From Lama guanicoe (Eukaryota), in contig MU053629.1 of NCBI GenBank assembly GCA_013239625.1, forward strand, positions 530,676-594,675: a stretch of 64,000 bases of DNA. Direction: 5' to 3'. The translations under genes were made by a program, and so were the position numbers. Position 1 is the stretch's first letter. The number at the start of each line of letters is the position of its first letter. Below are positions 60,215-64,000 of the stretch, piece after piece. The notes under the pieces were generated by a model. That model had not been told where the DNA came from and did not search any database. It saw nothing but the letters and a program-made list of their open reading frames with translations.

Positions 60215-62638
60215 GTAAGTGACCTTTTGTTTTTCTTTTTTCTCTTCTCTCCTTTTCACTATTTATTTTTGAGCCAGCTATGCAGAGTACACACACTAGG
60301 CTCAATCAGTCATGAGATTGTGAACGCTTACTCAGTTGAGTATATGATGAATTTTGTGGACCTTGGGGAAAGCGAGGGGCTGGGAAGTCAGAGTTGGGAT
60401 GGCCGTGAAGACGACCTGCTCCACGTTCGGGCCGCATGTGGTTTCCTCTAAACCGCAGGGTCTGCAACGGCCCTCCATGCTGTTGTCCAGGCTGTCTCTG
60501 GAGTTGAGAAACTTCCTTCCTCCGTCTTCTGAAGCCTCTGTCCCTTAGAACATCCCTTCTTTATACCAGGCCAAATTTTGTCATCTCTAATTTCTTTTCA
60601 GGACTCCAGTATTAGAACAACAGAGTATGAAAGAGGGCTCCACATTCTTTGTTACAATCTTCTGAAATCTTCATTGCTCTGACAGTGTGATGTATACATT
60701 AAAACTGACTGTTCTCTTTCCACCCATCTGGTCGCTGGTTCTGTTTTATAAAATGATGAGAGTGATTTTTTTCTGGCTCAGTACTTGCAGATTCAGTACT
60801 CCCGACTCTTCATGGCCCCACCGAACGTGGGCCTGAGGGTTGGGTTTCCTAGAAATGCCCAGCAGACGAGCCCAGCCACCCACAGGCTGCCGTTTGTCTG
60901 AGGTCATCTTCCCCTCTGTTTTGATCTGGGCTTCTCCAAGGGTTTTGTATTTTTCTTCCTCTGATAACATTTTTTTCCTTTATGTTTTTCCCCACCTTTT
61001 CCCTCTTCGGCTTCCTCTGAAGTCATATGGAACATTTGACTGAGCCACAAAAATCACTGCAGAGAGTCTTAACCAGATCAGTATCCTGCTCCCCTAGAAG
61101 GCAGCTTGTAGAGGCTTTGCAAGGGGGGACCTGACACGCATGCCGCCTGGGGGTGGGCGGGCGTCCACTTTTCTGTAGGTTATGTCAACACGGGATGCAC
61201 TGAGTAGGTTATCCATTGTATGTGTCCGAGTGTATTGAGAGGAGAGGATAACATAAATGCTTATTTGGCCCTTGAGCCCACTGTCACTTCGGTGGCAGGT
61301 AATTGGGACCAACATATGCCCTAGGTGAAAAGGGAATCTGACTTCTCTCCTGGCAGCAGAGAATGCCTGACCAACATGCTGTTGGCTCTAAACTGAGTTG
61401 TTACTTTAAAAAATTCTACCCTTGGGTTAATGAATTCCAGGAAGCTTTTCCAAAGTGATGCCCTGTCCTACAGTGTTCTGTGCAGTGACCTTGAGTCTGA
61501 GAATGGCCCTGAGCAGGTCCTGTCATTCACTTTGTTCCTATTCTCCAAACCAGTCATATGGCCAAGTGTTCCTCTGGGCCACTTCCACCCAGTCGGTCTG
61601 GCTTCCTTCCTGCAGGAGCCGCGAAAGTCTGCCTTTCTCTGTTCTGTGACACCCCAGTCGCCTTCCGGAAAACTATGTGCACACTGCCTTATAGTAGTTT
61701 CACCTTCCTGTGTTCTACCCTCACAGCTGGCTCCTCAGATACATGTGGTGTCATAAATCTGTGGATTATGGCCACGGAAATTGATAACACCAAGAACTAA
61801 TTAAGCCCTGGAGGGAGAAAGCATTTTGTTTCTGTTTCTGTTTCTTTGAGTGACTGATGAAGAACAGGAGAAAATGAAGAGAAGATTTATGAGTCCAAAA
61901 TTTTAAATAAAATGTTTAGTTTTAGGATTTCGTAACTGTAAGCCAGGGTGGCCCTGCTGAGAATGTGAGCCGTTCATTGGGTGCCTACGATGATGCTCCC
62001 CTGGTCATTTCATTCATGCTTTTTCTTTCGAGCTTTCGGACAGATCATTCTCAGGGCCCCCTTTTGAATTAAGACAGCAGTCTATTTTATGCTATGCATG
62101 CAGAAGAAGAAGCAGAGAGAGGAAAAGTGGCTTCTTAACAATTATGTAGAACTTTTCTGCAAGTAGCTTCTGACTTCCACACTGGGACATACATCATTTA
62201 CAAAGAGATTCCTACTCTGAGGGCAAAGTTGCCCCTTTCACTGGTCTCCCAATATGCACCCAAATTAGGAAAGCACTTAACAATGTGATTGCACGGGTCT
62301 TCGTCTTGCTTCTAGTGTCACTGGTTGTGTCCACTACGTCACAGTGAATGTGGTTGTACCTCTGCCTGCTTGTGTGAGGGTTACAAACAGCATCAGAGCG
62401 TTGGTGTCCCTCTTATGCTGTCTCCTGTGGTTTATGGGCCTGTGGGATGGTGCACACCTACACTGCATCAGAGATGTCCCTTCTCTTAATAGTGGGGGGT
62501 AGTCAAGGTGAAGCAGTTGTGTTCACTTTCCTTATTTCTGAGGTGGTGGCATGGAGCCCCTGCCTCTTGTGGTATGTGGATCCGTACTCAGATTCCAGAT
62601 TAAAACAAGCTTTTTATGCCTGGTGGCAGTTACTTTTT

Positions 62639-63256
62639 CTTTTCTTTTTTTTTTCCTTTTCAGTTTTATTAGGTAGAATTATTATGGTTCTACTGCACAT
62701 ATGCATTATATTGCTTGTAAATACATGTATATAGTATACTGCCCATTTTTTTTAGTTTACATATATGTACTGATTCTTGTTTCTAAGAACAGATTAGAGC
62801 TTTAGCTTTTTAAACTTATATAATTATCAAAGGAATAAAGCCAACTACAAAATAAGAATCAACAGAATGCAGTAATCCAATCATAAAGGATAGTCGGATG
62901 TACTTACACATATTCAAGAAATCAGTCATCTAAGTTATAAATAATAAGTAGTTCATTTGTGTCCTTATTATTGTTATTATTTTTTAGATTCCTCATATAA
63001 ATGATGTCATATGTCATTTTTCCTTCTCTTTCCAGCCCATTTCAGTTAGAGTGACAGTCTTCAGGTCTATCCACATTGCTGCAAATGGCATTATTTTCTT
63101 CTTTTTATGGCTGAGTAGTATTCCATTGTGTAAATATACCACAACTTCTTTATCCAGTCATCTGTCAGTGGACATTTAGGTTGTTTCCATGTCTTGGCTA
63201 TTGCAAATAGTGCTGCTCTGAACAATGGGGTGCATGAATTTTCTTATGAATTTGTT
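62639..63256 (-). mobile_element. Chimeric L1 insertion: L1 segment (63256-62950) + ~290 nt non-canonical tail + AATAAA + polyA
   Basis: TSD TTACTTTTT at 62630-62638 and 63257-63265 with a TT|AAAA site on the - strand; TTTATT at 62665-62670 next to the T-rich tail. Confidence 0.8.
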
Positions 63257-63571
63257 TTACTTTTTAATTAGGCCAAATCTAGTGTAGGTAATGAGGCATT
63301 TTGATTCAGTGTAGATGTTTAACTGTGTATCTGACTGCACACACTGCACAGGTAAAACTTCTGAGCACATTAGTCTCCTCTTAATCAAAGCAGCAAGATC
63401 ACATTTCCCTGACTGGACGTTGGATAGTCGGAGACTATCCAAGAGTAAGATGCCTGGGCTGTCCCTGGTGACTGTGGCTGGCCCATGTTTGCCAGCCTTC
63501 ATGTTTTACCCCATCTACCTTTCACACATACTGTCATCTTTGAACAATTCAGTAAAAAAAAAAAAAAAAGA

Positions 63572-63720
63572 TCACAGTGAAAAGAATGTAACAATGAATG
63601 TATGTATGTTCATGTATAACTGAAAAATTGTGCTCTACACTGGAAATTGACATAACATTGTAAACTGACTATAACTCAATAGAATAAAAGTTTAAAAAAA
63701 GAAAATGAAAAAAAAATTAA
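63572..63720 (+). mobile_element. Short young camelid L1 3' end
   Basis: tcacagtgaaaagaatg...ataactgaaaaattgtgctctacactggaaattgacataacattgtaaactgactataactc plus A-rich tail. Confidence 0.88.
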
Positions 63721-63834
63721 TAGAAGATTGGACTTGTCACAGAGCCTGGCTGAAGTTAAAGCCAGACAGAGATTGTGGCTGTGGCCACATAGATTGTAGG
63801 TGAGGTACATAGAGGCATGTTTAATGATTACATT

Positions 63835-64000
63835 TCTTTTAATTTTTTGAAAATTGGGGAATAGTTGACCACTATTATTGTATATTTTTAGAGTATACAA
63901 CTTGACGATTTGACATACATACAGAATGATTACTCCATGACCTCACATAGTTGGGGGGGTGGTGTGGTGGCAATGCTTAAATACTCAGCAACTTTGAAGT
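63835..64000 (-). mobile_element. L1MA-type 3' end, runs off the window
   Basis: ttgtatattttagagtatacaacttgacgatttgacatacat...atgacctcacatagtt. Confidence 0.65.

Noticed and set aside
1..64000. CRISPR arrays, operons or a novel multi-gene system
   Set aside because: The window is intronic/exonic DNA of one mammalian gene; recurring similar segments are dispersed L1 3' ends, not regularly spaced repeats.

Overview
Mammalian genomic DNA, almost certainly camelid (alpaca/camel), judged from a tRNA-derived Vic-1-type SINE and young camelid-type L1 3' ends. The window lies inside the talin-2 gene (TLN2, + strand). About 52 kb of 5'-UTR intron precede the first six coding exons (52093-52228, 53970-54067, 55575-55704, 56495-56647, 58386-58528, 60087-60214). 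These splice GT-AG in one open frame to 788 nt, encoding residues 1-262 of the talin head (F0, F1, start of F2). The rest is intronic and rich in interspersed repeats: L1 of several ages, L2, MIR, MaLR LTRs and DNA transposons (MER58, MER82, Tigger1), plus a 777-N assembly gap. Nearly all ORFs in the supplied track are spurious or repeat-derived. I find no convincing new multi-gene system. The best second-look items are: a retroposed 28S rRNA 3' end with A-tail and TSD nested in an L1; an L1 whose 3' end is replaced by ~300 nt of non-L1 sequence inside one TSD-bounded insertion; a tail-less, TSD-less L1 ORF2 internal fragment with an open frame; a ~97% identical inverted L1 pair; and candidate cryptic splicing elements (an AG|GTGAG recursive-splice-like site, a 14-nt poison microexon, and 5'-UTR exons). 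Repeat subfamily names come from recalled consensus sequences, and boundaries of old repeats are approximate.
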